From Fidelibacterota bacterium (GTDB taxonomy: Bacteria > Fidelibacterota > Marinisomatia > Marinisomatales > TCS55): a stretch of DNA of 27,199 nucleotides. Positions 19,130 through 27,199 of this stretch are shown here, piece after piece; the first letter of the stretch is position 1; each line of letters begins with the position of its first letter. Under the pieces are notes generated by a model. It was not told the origin of the DNA. It worked only from the letters and a program-made list of their open reading frames with translations, and searched no databases. A program made the position numbers and the translations under genes. The stretch lies in NCBI GenBank assembly GCA_027251445.1, contig JAPNQO010000062.1, positions 1-27,199 on the forward strand. Direction: 5' to 3'.

Positions 19130-20125
19130 ATGAATAAAACTATAAAGAAAATTAATATCGGTGTAGTGGGGGTTGGTCATTTAGGCGAACACCATGTAAA
19201 ACATCTTCAATCAATTGAATCTTTTAACATAATTGGATTTCACGATACTAATGGAAAAAAGGCTGAGTCTATTTCAGCAAAATATAGGCTTAACCACTAC
19301 AAAAATTTTAATAAACTATTAGAAGAATGTGATGCGGTATCAATTGTTACTCCAACTGAAACACATTTTGATATTGGATATAAATGTATTCAATCAAAAA
19401 AACATGTATTTATTGAAAAACCAATAACTAATTCAGTAGAGGATGCAGAAAAACTCATCCAATTAGCTAAAGATATGAGTGTGATAATTCAGGTCGGACA
19501 TATAGAAAGATTTAATCCTGCATTAATTCCATTAAATGATTATACACTGAATCCAAAGTATATTGAAATTCAAAGGTTAGCCCCATATAATATACGTGGA
19601 ACTGATGTGCCAGTTGTTTTGGATAAAATGATCCATGACCTTGATATATTATTATTCTTGGTAAATAGTGATATAGATTCGATTTATGCGAATGGAATAT
19701 CTATTTTAACTGATTCAATTGATATTGCAAATTCAAGAATTAGATTTACAAATGGAACTATTGCTAACGTAACATCGAGTAGAGTTTCTCAGAACGATGT
19801 ACGTAAAATAAAAATATTTCAGCAAGACTTATATATTACAATTGATTTATTAATTGGGTTAACTGAGGTTTACCGTATCATTGATGAAAATGAAAAAAAT
19901 ATAAATGCAATAAAAGATGTTGATTTCAATTATCATGGAAAGAAAAAACATATTATTTACGAAAAACCTGAATTATTATCTTTTGATGCATTAAAAGCTG
20001 AGCTTGAAAATTTTGCTGATAGTATAAATGGTTTTTCAAAACCAGTTGTAGATGGAAAAGCAGCAAAGCGTGCACTAGAGCTAGCAATAAATATTGATAG
20101 TATGATCCGTGAGGATCTTCATTAA
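19130..20125 (+). CDS. Gfo/Idh/MocA NAD-dependent oxidoreductase, GnnA-like (putative UDP-GlcNAc 3-dehydrogenase)
   Basis: GVVGVGHLG, DAVSIVTPT, IEKP, VGHIERFNPA, RLAPY, MIHDLD, GTIANVTSSRVS. First gene of an operon with lpxB. The family call is firm; the GnnA function is inferred from context and recalled similarity. Confidence 0.8.
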   Translation: MNKTIKKINIGVVGVGHLGEHHVKHLQSIESFNIIGFHDTNGKKAESISAKYRLNHYKNFNKLLEECDAVSIVTPTETHFDIGYKCIQSKKHVFIEKPITNSVEDAEKLIQLAKDMSVIIQVGHIERFNPALIPLNDYTLNPKYIEIQRLAPYNIRGTDVPVVLDKMIHDLDILLFLVNSDIDSIYANGISILTDSIDIANSRIRFTNGTIANVTSSRVSQNDVRKIKIFQQDLYITIDLLIGLTEVYRIIDENEKNINAIKDVDFNYHGKKKHIIYEKPELLSFDALKAELENFADSINGFSKPVVDGKAAKRALELAINIDSMIREDLH

Positions 20126-20700
20126 TGAATTTAGGTAATTTCTTTTTTAAATATAGAAGCTATACTCCTATTCCATTAGCTCTTTATATCATATATAATT
20201 CAAATCCATATTTACAATATGTAGTTATAGGTATCCTCTTTATTGTGCTTGGAGAATCGCTCCGCATCTGGGCTGTGAGTTACGCAGGCGGAATTACAAG
20301 AACTACAAAAGTTGGTGCACCTGCATTATGCACATCAGGACCATATGGGTACACAAGGAACCCTTTATACATAGGTAATATGATTATCTATACAGGGGTC
20401 GTTTTTATTGCGGGATCAATTGAAATTAGATCGATGCTCTTGATCACTTGGATATTTTTTATCTTACAATACTATATGATTATAAACCTCGAAGAAAAAA
20501 CCTTAATTAATATTTTTGGCAATGAATACAATGATTATATGAAGAATGTTCCAAAATTATTTCCTCGTTTAAGCGCATGGGAAAATAAGGATAAGTACAT
20601 TCCAATGAGTTTTATAAAAACAATAAAAACTGAAAAACGAACTCTTCAAAATATAGTTTTACTAATGATAATTATTTATGTGAGACACCATATAAATTGA
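20125..20700 (+). CDS. Isoprenylcysteine carboxyl methyltransferase (ICMT/PEMT)-family membrane methyltransferase, LmtA-like
   Basis: SAM-binding region L.TSGPYGYTRNPLYIGN, C-terminal EE..L...FGNEY..Y...VP..FPR, TM segments, N-terminal GNFFFKYRSYTP. Coupled to both neighbours. Confidence 0.8.
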   Translation: MNLGNFFFKYRSYTPIPLALYIIYNSNPYLQYVVIGILFIVLGESLRIWAVSYAGGITRTTKVGAPALCTSGPYGYTRNPLYIGNMIIYTGVVFIAGSIEIRSMLLITWIFFILQYYMIINLEEKTLINIFGNEYNDYMKNVPKLFPRLSAWENKDKYIPMSFIKTIKTEKRTLQNIVLLMIIIYVRHHIN

Positions 20701-21818
20701 ATAATAAAAAACCCATTAAGATTTTTATAGTGGCTGGAGAAGAGTCTGGAGATATTCATGCCTCTAAATTAGTACATCATATAAAAAAATATAATCCTAA
20801 TATTGAATTTTATGGTCATGGCGGAGATCGAATGGAAAAAGAAGGGGTTCAAATTTTAGAACATATTAAAAAATTAGCAATGGTAGGGTTTCTTGAAGTA
20901 ATAAAACATCTTCCTTATATGATGCAAGTCATGGGGAAGTCAATAAATTGGATAAAAGAAAATAATCCTGAACGTATAATTTTAGTTGATTACCCTGGTT
21001 TTAATTTAAGATTAGCAAGAGAGGCAAAAAGATTAGCTATCCCAGTTACATATTTTATTTTGCCTCAAGTCTGGGCATGGAAAGAAAAAAGAGTGTCTAT
21101 TTTAAGGGATAATGTAGACCAATGCTTATCGATTATCCCCTTTGAACAAGAATGGTTTGAAAAGCGAAATGTAAAGACCAGCTTTGTTGGGCATCCATTT
21201 ATAGAGTTACAATATCCTAACTCATCCTCGGATTTTTATTTGAAACATAATTTAGATCCAAAAGATAAAATATTAGCAATTTTCCCTGGGAGCAGACAGC
21301 AGGAAATAAAACAACATTTATCAATTATAATTAAAGCACTTGAAAAAATAATACTAGAACTTCCCGGACTTAAGGTTATCCTTGGCAAAGCACCAAGTGT
21401 AAAAATTGATGATATTCCAGACTATATAAAGATAGAGAGTGAAAACCCTCAATTAGCGCTACAAAATGCAAACGCAGCAATGATAGCATCTGGTACTGCA
21501 TCTTTAGAATCTGCAGTGCTTGATATTCCGATGGTTGTTTTTTATCGTTTTAATTCATTGACATGGTTCATGGCCAAGCGAATGGCCAATGTAAAGTACG
21601 CTTGTATAGTTAATTTAATTGTAAATAAAATGCTTGTACCTGAATTTATACAAAATGAAATGACAGCTGATAATCTAGCTAAAGCTATTACTCCGCTGTT
21701 AAATAATACCTCTACAAGAAAAAACATGTTACTAGGGTATGATCAAATAAGACGAACTCTCGGTATCCCAGGCGTTTACGATAGAGCTGCTGAAGCAATC
21801 ATGAAAAGATTAACTTGA
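20697..21818 (+). CDS. lpxB: Lipid-A-disaccharide synthase
   Basis: IVAGEESGDIH, MVGFLEV, VDYPGFNLRL, PQVWAWKEKR, IIPFE, FVGHP, PGSRQQE, SGTASLE, VPEFIQ. Confidence 0.96.
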   Translation: MNNKKPIKIFIVAGEESGDIHASKLVHHIKKYNPNIEFYGHGGDRMEKEGVQILEHIKKLAMVGFLEVIKHLPYMMQVMGKSINWIKENNPERIILVDYPGFNLRLAREAKRLAIPVTYFILPQVWAWKEKRVSILRDNVDQCLSIIPFEQEWFEKRNVKTSFVGHPFIELQYPNSSSDFYLKHNLDPKDKILAIFPGSRQQEIKQHLSIIIKALEKIILELPGLKVILGKAPSVKIDDIPDYIKIESENPQLALQNANAAMIASGTASLESAVLDIPMVVFYRFNSLTWFMAKRMANVKYACIVNLIVNKMLVPEFIQNEMTADNLAKAITPLLNNTSTRKNMLLGYDQIRRTLGIPGVYDRAAEAIMKRLT

Positions 21819-22459
21819 TGAAATCATTAAAACTATATTTACTATCAAAGATAGGTAAGTGGATTGTAATATTATTGTATAATACAAATAAATGGAAAGT
21901 AGAGGGCGAAAGTAATTATAAAGAATTAATTAAAAATAATAAATCAGTTATAATTTCAATATGGCATGGAAGAGTTCTAACATTTGTAAGACAATTAGCA
22001 AACAATCAATTTTATGCGGTTGCTGGAACCCATAGTGATGCAGAAATTATTTCTCGTATATGTTTAGATACTGGATGGAAAGTTATTAGAGGGTCAAGTT
22101 CTGATAAAGGAAAAGAAGCTTTTGAAGGTATTATAAATGCGCTAAAAATTCCAGGGTCATTAGTTGCCATGACACCCGATGGGCCCAAGGGCCCTGCTAA
22201 AATACCTAAAGCTGGCGTTATTAAAGCTGCTCAAAAAACTGGTGCAGCTATCATTCCTGCTGCGGCCCATTGTACTAAACATTGGGGATTCACTAATTGG
22301 GATACTTTTTATGTTCCTAAACCTTTTGGTAGAATTGAAGTAATTTATGGAAAACCTATTTATTTTAGTAAGGATCAGCCCTTTGATGATTGTTTATCTA
22401 TTTTAAAAGAAGAAATGGATAATCTAGAAAAATTAGTAGATAAACGCGTCTTTGAATAG
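21818..22459 (+). CDS. DUF374 lysophospholipid-acyltransferase family protein (LpxJ-like lipid A secondary acyltransferase)
   Basis: IWHGR, H.DAEII, VIRGSS, TPDGPKGP, WDTFYVPKPFG. Lies between lpxB and lpxK. ATG at 21818 (TGATG overlap) is preferred over TTG at 21815. Confidence 0.82.
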   Translation: MKSLKLYLLSKIGKWIVILLYNTNKWKVEGESNYKELIKNNKSVIISIWHGRVLTFVRQLANNQFYAVAGTHSDAEIISRICLDTGWKVIRGSSSDKGKEAFEGIINALKIPGSLVAMTPDGPKGPAKIPKAGVIKAAQKTGAAIIPAAAHCTKHWGFTNWDTFYVPKPFGRIEVIYGKPIYFSKDQPFDDCLSILKEEMDNLEKLVDKRVFE

Positions 22460-23495
22460 TTTTATAAACAACCCACACTTTCGCATATTTTTATTCCCCT
22501 TAGCTCTTTTTTATTGGGGTGTAATATTCTGGCGAAATATATTTTATAATTTAGGAATTTTTGTTTCGTACAGCCTGCCATGTAAGGTTATTAGCGTTGG
22601 GAATATAACTGTTGGGGGAACTGGTAAAACCCCTGCTGTGATTTATCTTGCTAAATTGCTAAAGAATAATGGTTATCGAGTTGGAGTGTTAAGTAGAGGG
22701 TATGGAAGGATTACAAAAGGAACGATTGATTTAAAAGAAAACAAAAATAAAGATTGGAAACATTTTGGTGAAGAACCTCTTTTAATTTCTAAGAAGCTTA
22801 TTGATGTACCAGTTGTTGTTGATAATAATAGATTTCGCGGTGGTCGGTTTTTATTTAAAAAGTATAAACCGCAAATAATTATTTTAGATGATGGGTTTCA
22901 ACATCGTTCATTACATAGAAATCTAGATATAGTGCTAATCAATGCAAATCAATCAATTCATGATTATAAGATGTTGCCATATGGATTATTACGCGAACCA
23001 TTACAACACTTGAAAAGATCTGATATTGTAATAATGACTAAAATGAATATTAAAAATCCGCCAGAGCATATTAACAAGAAGCTAAAATCATTAAAAATTA
23101 ATCATTACCATAGTAGAACTGAGCCCTCCAGCAACTTAATTGATATTAATGGAAAAATGACTCCATTAATATCAATGAAACATCAGAAGGCATTAGCAAT
23201 CTCAGGAATTGGAGATCCTCTAAGTTTTGAATTAATTCTTGGAAAACAAAATATTGAATTTGTTGACCATATTGCATTAAATGATCATCATGAATACAAT
23301 ATTGAAGACTTTATTTCTATAGAAAAAAAGATCAAAGAACTAAAGCCTGATTTTCTTATAACAACTGAAAAAGATTTATTAAAATTAAAAAATCTTAATA
23401 AAAAAATAATAGAAATACTATATGCTTTACCTGTTCAATTGTCATTATCGAAGAAATGTGTAGATAAAATATTAAATAAATTAGAGCTCAATTAG
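22452..23495 (+). CDS. lpxK: Tetraacyldisaccharide 4'-kinase
   Basis: VISVGNITVGGTGKTP, LSRGYG, ILDDGFQH, GLLREP, SGIGDP, DHHEY, TTEKD. Confidence 0.95.
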   Translation: MNSFINNPHFRIFLFPLALFYWGVIFWRNIFYNLGIFVSYSLPCKVISVGNITVGGTGKTPAVIYLAKLLKNNGYRVGVLSRGYGRITKGTIDLKENKNKDWKHFGEEPLLISKKLIDVPVVVDNNRFRGGRFLFKKYKPQIIILDDGFQHRSLHRNLDIVLINANQSIHDYKMLPYGLLREPLQHLKRSDIVIMTKMNIKNPPEHINKKLKSLKINHYHSRTEPSSNLIDINGKMTPLISMKHQKALAISGIGDPLSFELILGKQNIEFVDHIALNDHHEYNIEDFISIEKKIKELKPDFLITTEKDLLKLKNLNKKIIEILYALPVQLSLSKKCVDKILNKLELN

Positions 23496-26400
23496 ATTTG
23501 AGCAACCCCCCAAGCAAACATCATTCCAACAAAAGTTAACATCAACGGCCATCCGGTATTAACAAATTGTCTTGCGCTTGGGTTTTCAAAAGCATGTATC
23601 TTAAACTCATGAGCAGTGGTGGCCCCTCTTTCATCTATAGCTGCAATAATTATATCATTTGGTCCAAGTTGATTATTTCTAGGTCGCCATTGTATTAAAC
23701 CTGTTCGCTTATTAAATGTTGAATATTTAGGTAGCTTTATAGGTTTAAATTTTATTTTATCTTTATTTAAATCCTCCGCTACCAATTTATAAGTGTACTC
23801 ATATCCTGTAAGAGCAACGGGCTTTGGTATTGATATTATGGAAGGCGGTATATTAACAAACACTTGGGATTTTTGGATGTCTTCAGAATAACCATCTGTT
23901 ACACGCACACTAAATAAATGATTATTTATTTGAGCAGCTCTTGGAATCCAAACTACTTTACCATCTTCAGTCATTTGCATTCCTTGTGGCCCTTTTAAAA
24001 GTTCATAAATTAATTCCGAATTAGAATTTTTATCCTCGACTTGAATTTGATATCTAAATACTTCATCTACTAAAGCTGATTTAGGTGCATTAGATACTAT
24101 CACAGGCTTATGATTTACATAAACCTCATAAGTTTGTTCATCCTTCATATATCCATCTGAAACTAGAATTTTTATTGTATGTGAATCATATTGTTCTGGA
24201 GATGGTGTCCAATTAATTATTCCTGAATACTCATCAACCTCCATTCCATCTGGGAATTCCAAAAGTGTATATTTTATAGGACTTAATCTTTCTACAATTA
24301 CTTTTGGAGGCTTTCCCTTTGAACCTTGGAAAAACTCCCATAAAAGATCTTTTATACCTATGGTTCTATTATCAACAGTTTTTATTAAAACATATAATCT
24401 TTGGTTTTCCCAAAATATATTATTGACATACTTTTTTGCATTTAATCGTGAAAAAGCGGTTGATTCAGGCTTATCATTATCAGTTAAATAAATTTCTTCA
24501 GCACTATCCCATTCTCCAATATATCTTCCAATATTTTCTTGATAAACATCATCGGTTATATCGATAGAATAGATTCGAACTGAATTAATATCATCTATAC
24601 GAATAGTTTCATCATATGGCAACAAAGCGCTATTATTTTTATCAGAGTCTAATATTCTATATTGATAAGATTCGCCTAAATTAGCAGTCATAGGCGGAAC
24701 AGAAACTATTTTTATAGGGGCATTTACATAAAAATCTGAATCTATAAAGTAAGTTTCTTTTCCATCTGTTACTTCAAGCCTCATATGTGAAAAATCTAGT
24801 TCCTCATCTGTGGGGTCCCAGCGCAATCTCCATGTAAAAGGGTCAATTCTCATTCCATCTGGGAGCTCTAAAGAAGTTATAGTTAATTTATCAGCCATAT
24901 TTGGGTCAGAAATTTCTAATTGAAAATCCCAAGTTGACCCTACATTCACGACATTGATTGATGGTGGTGCAGAAGCTATAATGGGAGGATGATTAACAAA
25001 AACGGCAACATTTTGAGTATCTTTTGCAACACCGTGACTAGCCTGCACAGCAAAGTATTGAGTGTCAAGTTGAGTTGTCTCTGGTGTCCAGTTAATTAAA
25101 TTATTATTATCAATTGACATACCAATAGGGCCATGTAATAATTCAACTCTCATCTCTTGGGCTAGCTCTGGCCTCCAGACTTCCACTTGATATTGATAAA
25201 GCTCATTTACTTTTAAATCTACCAAAGGGCTTGAAACTATCTTCACACCAGCTCGTGCGTATAATTTGAATTCCTGCACGTCGCGGTCAAAACCATCTGT
25301 GGCAACAAGTCTTACATCATATACATTTACATCTGCACTATCTGTTCTCCAAACTAAACTACCATTCTCTCCTAAAACCATATCATCTGGGGCCACTTCA
25401 AGACTATACTTAATTTTAGTATCTATATTTTGATCTTTAACAACAGGCGTATAAGAAAAGACAGAGTTTGAAACAAATTCTGTTCCAATCGGAGTTGTAA
25501 CAAAAACTGGCGGATCATTTACATACACCCACACATATTCATCATAACCTTCTAATTCTGGAATCATCTGGTATGTTAACAGCGAATCTTTAATTGTTGC
25601 CTCTAATGAAACAGATTCACCTGTTTTCATCTCTATGCGGTATCCCAATTTATAAGCTCCTAATTGCGTATCGTCAGGTACCCACTGAATAGCTCTACTT
25701 TCATAGTGAAAAAACATTCCTTTTGGTGGCGGACTAAGCCAACGAAAACTATAAAATTGACGTGCCTCGTCTTCTGGTATTTTATAGGTAAAAAGTTGAT
25801 TCAAGGTGAGGACATGTCTAGGTAAAATATTTTTCGGCAATATTTGACCAACAGTAGCTGGAGGCTTAGGAAGTTTTGGCAAATCCATCGCATATTTAAT
25901 TTCTGGGAATAAATCTATTAGTTCAATCTGTTCATCCAGCGCAGTAATAACATCTTCCTCATCAGGCGTGGGCATATCAATTTGCACTTTACCAATATCT
26001 GTTAGAAACACATTGCTTACCTTCCCATCCCAACTTGAAGCAATTATAGATCCAGAATATTCTCCATTATCTGTTACAGGAATTATATTGAAAACCTGAG
26101 CATCCGTAGTATCAGTTTCTAATGTAAAATAGCTTGTATTTAATCCAACTGTATCTAGAGAGCCTATAGCCATAGTTATCATATTCATTTCTCCAGACAC
26201 AAGGAATAAATCATTTATATTATCTAAATTTATATCAACAACGCTCATATCTGATAATGGGCCTGCATCAATTGGTAGCACATCAATTGCTACTGTAGCT
26301 GGAGATAAAGTCATAGCAATCACATGTCCAGATTGAAAAGGTAACAAGACATCCTTAAACCCATCTAAATCCCAATCAGAAATAATTATCGACATAGGGA

Positions 26401-27175
26401 TAAGTCCATTTATGCCAGTTATAATTTCTTGTTTTGCATCTCCCAGCACCAGCCTTCCATTGCGATTATAATAAGGTTGGATTTTTAGAACATTTCCTTC
26501 GGGGCTAAAGCTGATTATATCATCATAGCCGTCGTTGTTCCAATCAATAGATTTTCCATATACAAAACCAACACCTGTTTTTAATGCAGTTGGCTCTAAG
26601 GACTCTATCATAACTAAGTTATTTTCACTATCAAGGTCAATTAATGCTAGTGCTCGCATAGGACTTCCAAGTGATAATAATATTTCTTGATCATTATTAT
26701 TATCCAAATCAATAAGATCAAAATTATGACATCTTATAAATTTTTTTTTATCTCCTATATTTAAATAGCCAGAGGGGGTCTCCGCAAATCCATCATCATA
26801 CCATTTATAATAAAAGATGATTGGTTGAAGTATTGTTTCATCTCCATTAGATGACAAATTTGCAACAGCAACTAACTCTGGCACTCCATCTCCAATAATA
26901 TCCGCAAGTTTAACCCCAACAAAACTTCCTAATAATCCATCTGGCATTTCTAATTCCCATAATAAATTCTGATAGCCATCAATATCTATCTCATAATATC
27001 GTATCATTGAAATAGTATGACCATTTAATCTATTAAATTCTACAGCAGCAAATTCATATTGACCATCGCCATCTAAATCATAGGTCCCTTCCATATCAAT
27101 TATTTTTAGATCTTTAGAAATCCCAATATCCATAGAAAATAAAAGCAAAATAATAATGATATATTTATAGATCAT
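23492..27175 (-). CDS. Large secreted/membrane-anchored protein: FG-GAP/VCBS repeats plus cadherin/He_PIG-like Ig repeats
   Basis: Signal-like N-terminus. Six D-x-D/N-x-D/N-G-like loops (DLDGDG, DIIGDG, DLDNNN, DWNNDG, DWDLDG, DINLDN). About 7 repeats with P.GM...W.P cores and VNxxP junctions. Hydrophobic C-terminus. Confidence 0.85.
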   Translation of the reverse strand: MIYKYIIIILLLFSMDIGISKDLKIIDMEGTYDLDGDGQYEFAAVEFNRLNGHTISMIRYYEIDIDGYQNLLWELEMPDGLLGSFVGVKLADIIGDGVPELVAVANLSSNGDETILQPIIFYYKWYDDGFAETPSGYLNIGDKKKFIRCHNFDLIDLDNNNDQEILLSLGSPMRALALIDLDSENNLVMIESLEPTALKTGVGFVYGKSIDWNNDGYDDIISFSPEGNVLKIQPYYNRNGRLVLGDAKQEIITGINGLIPMSIIISDWDLDGFKDVLLPFQSGHVIAMTLSPATVAIDVLPIDAGPLSDMSVVDINLDNINDLFLVSGEMNMITMAIGSLDTVGLNTSYFTLETDTTDAQVFNIIPVTDNGEYSGSIIASSWDGKVSNVFLTDIGKVQIDMPTPDEEDVITALDEQIELIDLFPEIKYAMDLPKLPKPPATVGQILPKNILPRHVLTLNQLFTYKIPEDEARQFYSFRWLSPPPKGMFFHYESRAIQWVPDDTQLGAYKLGYRIEMKTGESVSLEATIKDSLLTYQMIPELEGYDEYVWVYVNDPPVFVTTPIGTEFVSNSVFSYTPVVKDQNIDTKIKYSLEVAPDDMVLGENGSLVWRTDSADVNVYDVRLVATDGFDRDVQEFKLYARAGVKIVSSPLVDLKVNELYQYQVEVWRPELAQEMRVELLHGPIGMSIDNNNLINWTPETTQLDTQYFAVQASHGVAKDTQNVAVFVNHPPIIASAPPSINVVNVGSTWDFQLEISDPNMADKLTITSLELPDGMRIDPFTWRLRWDPTDEELDFSHMRLEVTDGKETYFIDSDFYVNAPIKIVSVPPMTANLGESYQYRILDSDKNNSALLPYDETIRIDDINSVRIYSIDITDDVYQENIGRYIGEWDSAEEIYLTDNDKPESTAFSRLNAKKYVNNIFWENQRLYVLIKTVDNRTIGIKDLLWEFFQGSKGKPPKVIVERLSPIKYTLLEFPDGMEVDEYSGIINWTPSPEQYDSHTIKILVSDGYMKDEQTYEVYVNHKPVIVSNAPKSALVDEVFRYQIQVEDKNSNSELIYELLKGPQGMQMTEDGKVVWIPRAAQINNHLFSVRVTDGYSEDIQKSQVFVNIPPSIISIPKPVALTGYEYTYKLVAEDLNKDKIKFKPIKLPKYSTFNKRTGLIQWRPRNNQLGPNDIIIAAIDERGATTAHEFKIHAFENPSARQFVNTGWPLMLTFVGMMFAWGVAQI

Positions 27176-27199
27176 TTATTTTATTCTTTTTTTACTGCA

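Noticed and set aside
13721..21727. Antisense ORFs 13721..13939, 14557..14757, 17222..17491, 18534..18743 and 21542..21727
   Set aside because: Each lies within a better-supported CDS on the opposite strand.
24284..24628. Intein or mobile-element explanation for the insert in the large protein
   Set aside because: No intein splice-junction residues, terminal repeats or endonuclease motifs were seen.
1..27199. CRISPR arrays, IS elements, prophage or defence systems
   Set aside because: No spaced direct repeats, transposase, integrase or phage genes were seen. The tRNA is not flanked by an island.

Overview
AT-rich, densely coded bacterial core-genome window with many overlapping stop/start codons. 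Protein styles suggest an FCB-group marine lineage such as Marinimicrobia; this is an inference and was not checked. Bases 1-11894 form a minus-strand housekeeping run: uvrA-ruvB-queA-ispD-ispF-ispE-tRNA-Gln(TTG)-prs-rplY-pth-hppA-rpsF (rpsF cut by the window edge). Next come a plus-strand YqgE/AlgH-EamA-MFS-TPR lipoprotein group, a divergent pair of a FabL/FabI-like enoyl-ACP reductase and fabA, ychF, and two hypothetical membrane proteins separated by a bidirectional terminator. The most interesting element is a tightly coupled five-gene lipid A operon (19130-23495): GnnA-like oxidoreductase, LmtA-like ICMT-family methyltransferase, lpxB, LpxJ/DUF374 acyltransferase, lpxK. It predicts a Leptospira-like lipid A with a diamino-glucose backbone and a methylated 1-phosphate. 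The window ends with a 1227-aa integrin-alpha-like surface protein (FG-GAP propeller, about 7 cadherin/Ig-like repeats, C-terminal membrane anchor) with a 115-aa domain nested inside one repeat. No mobile elements, CRISPR arrays or rRNA were seen. All family assignments come from motif recognition by eye, not database searches.
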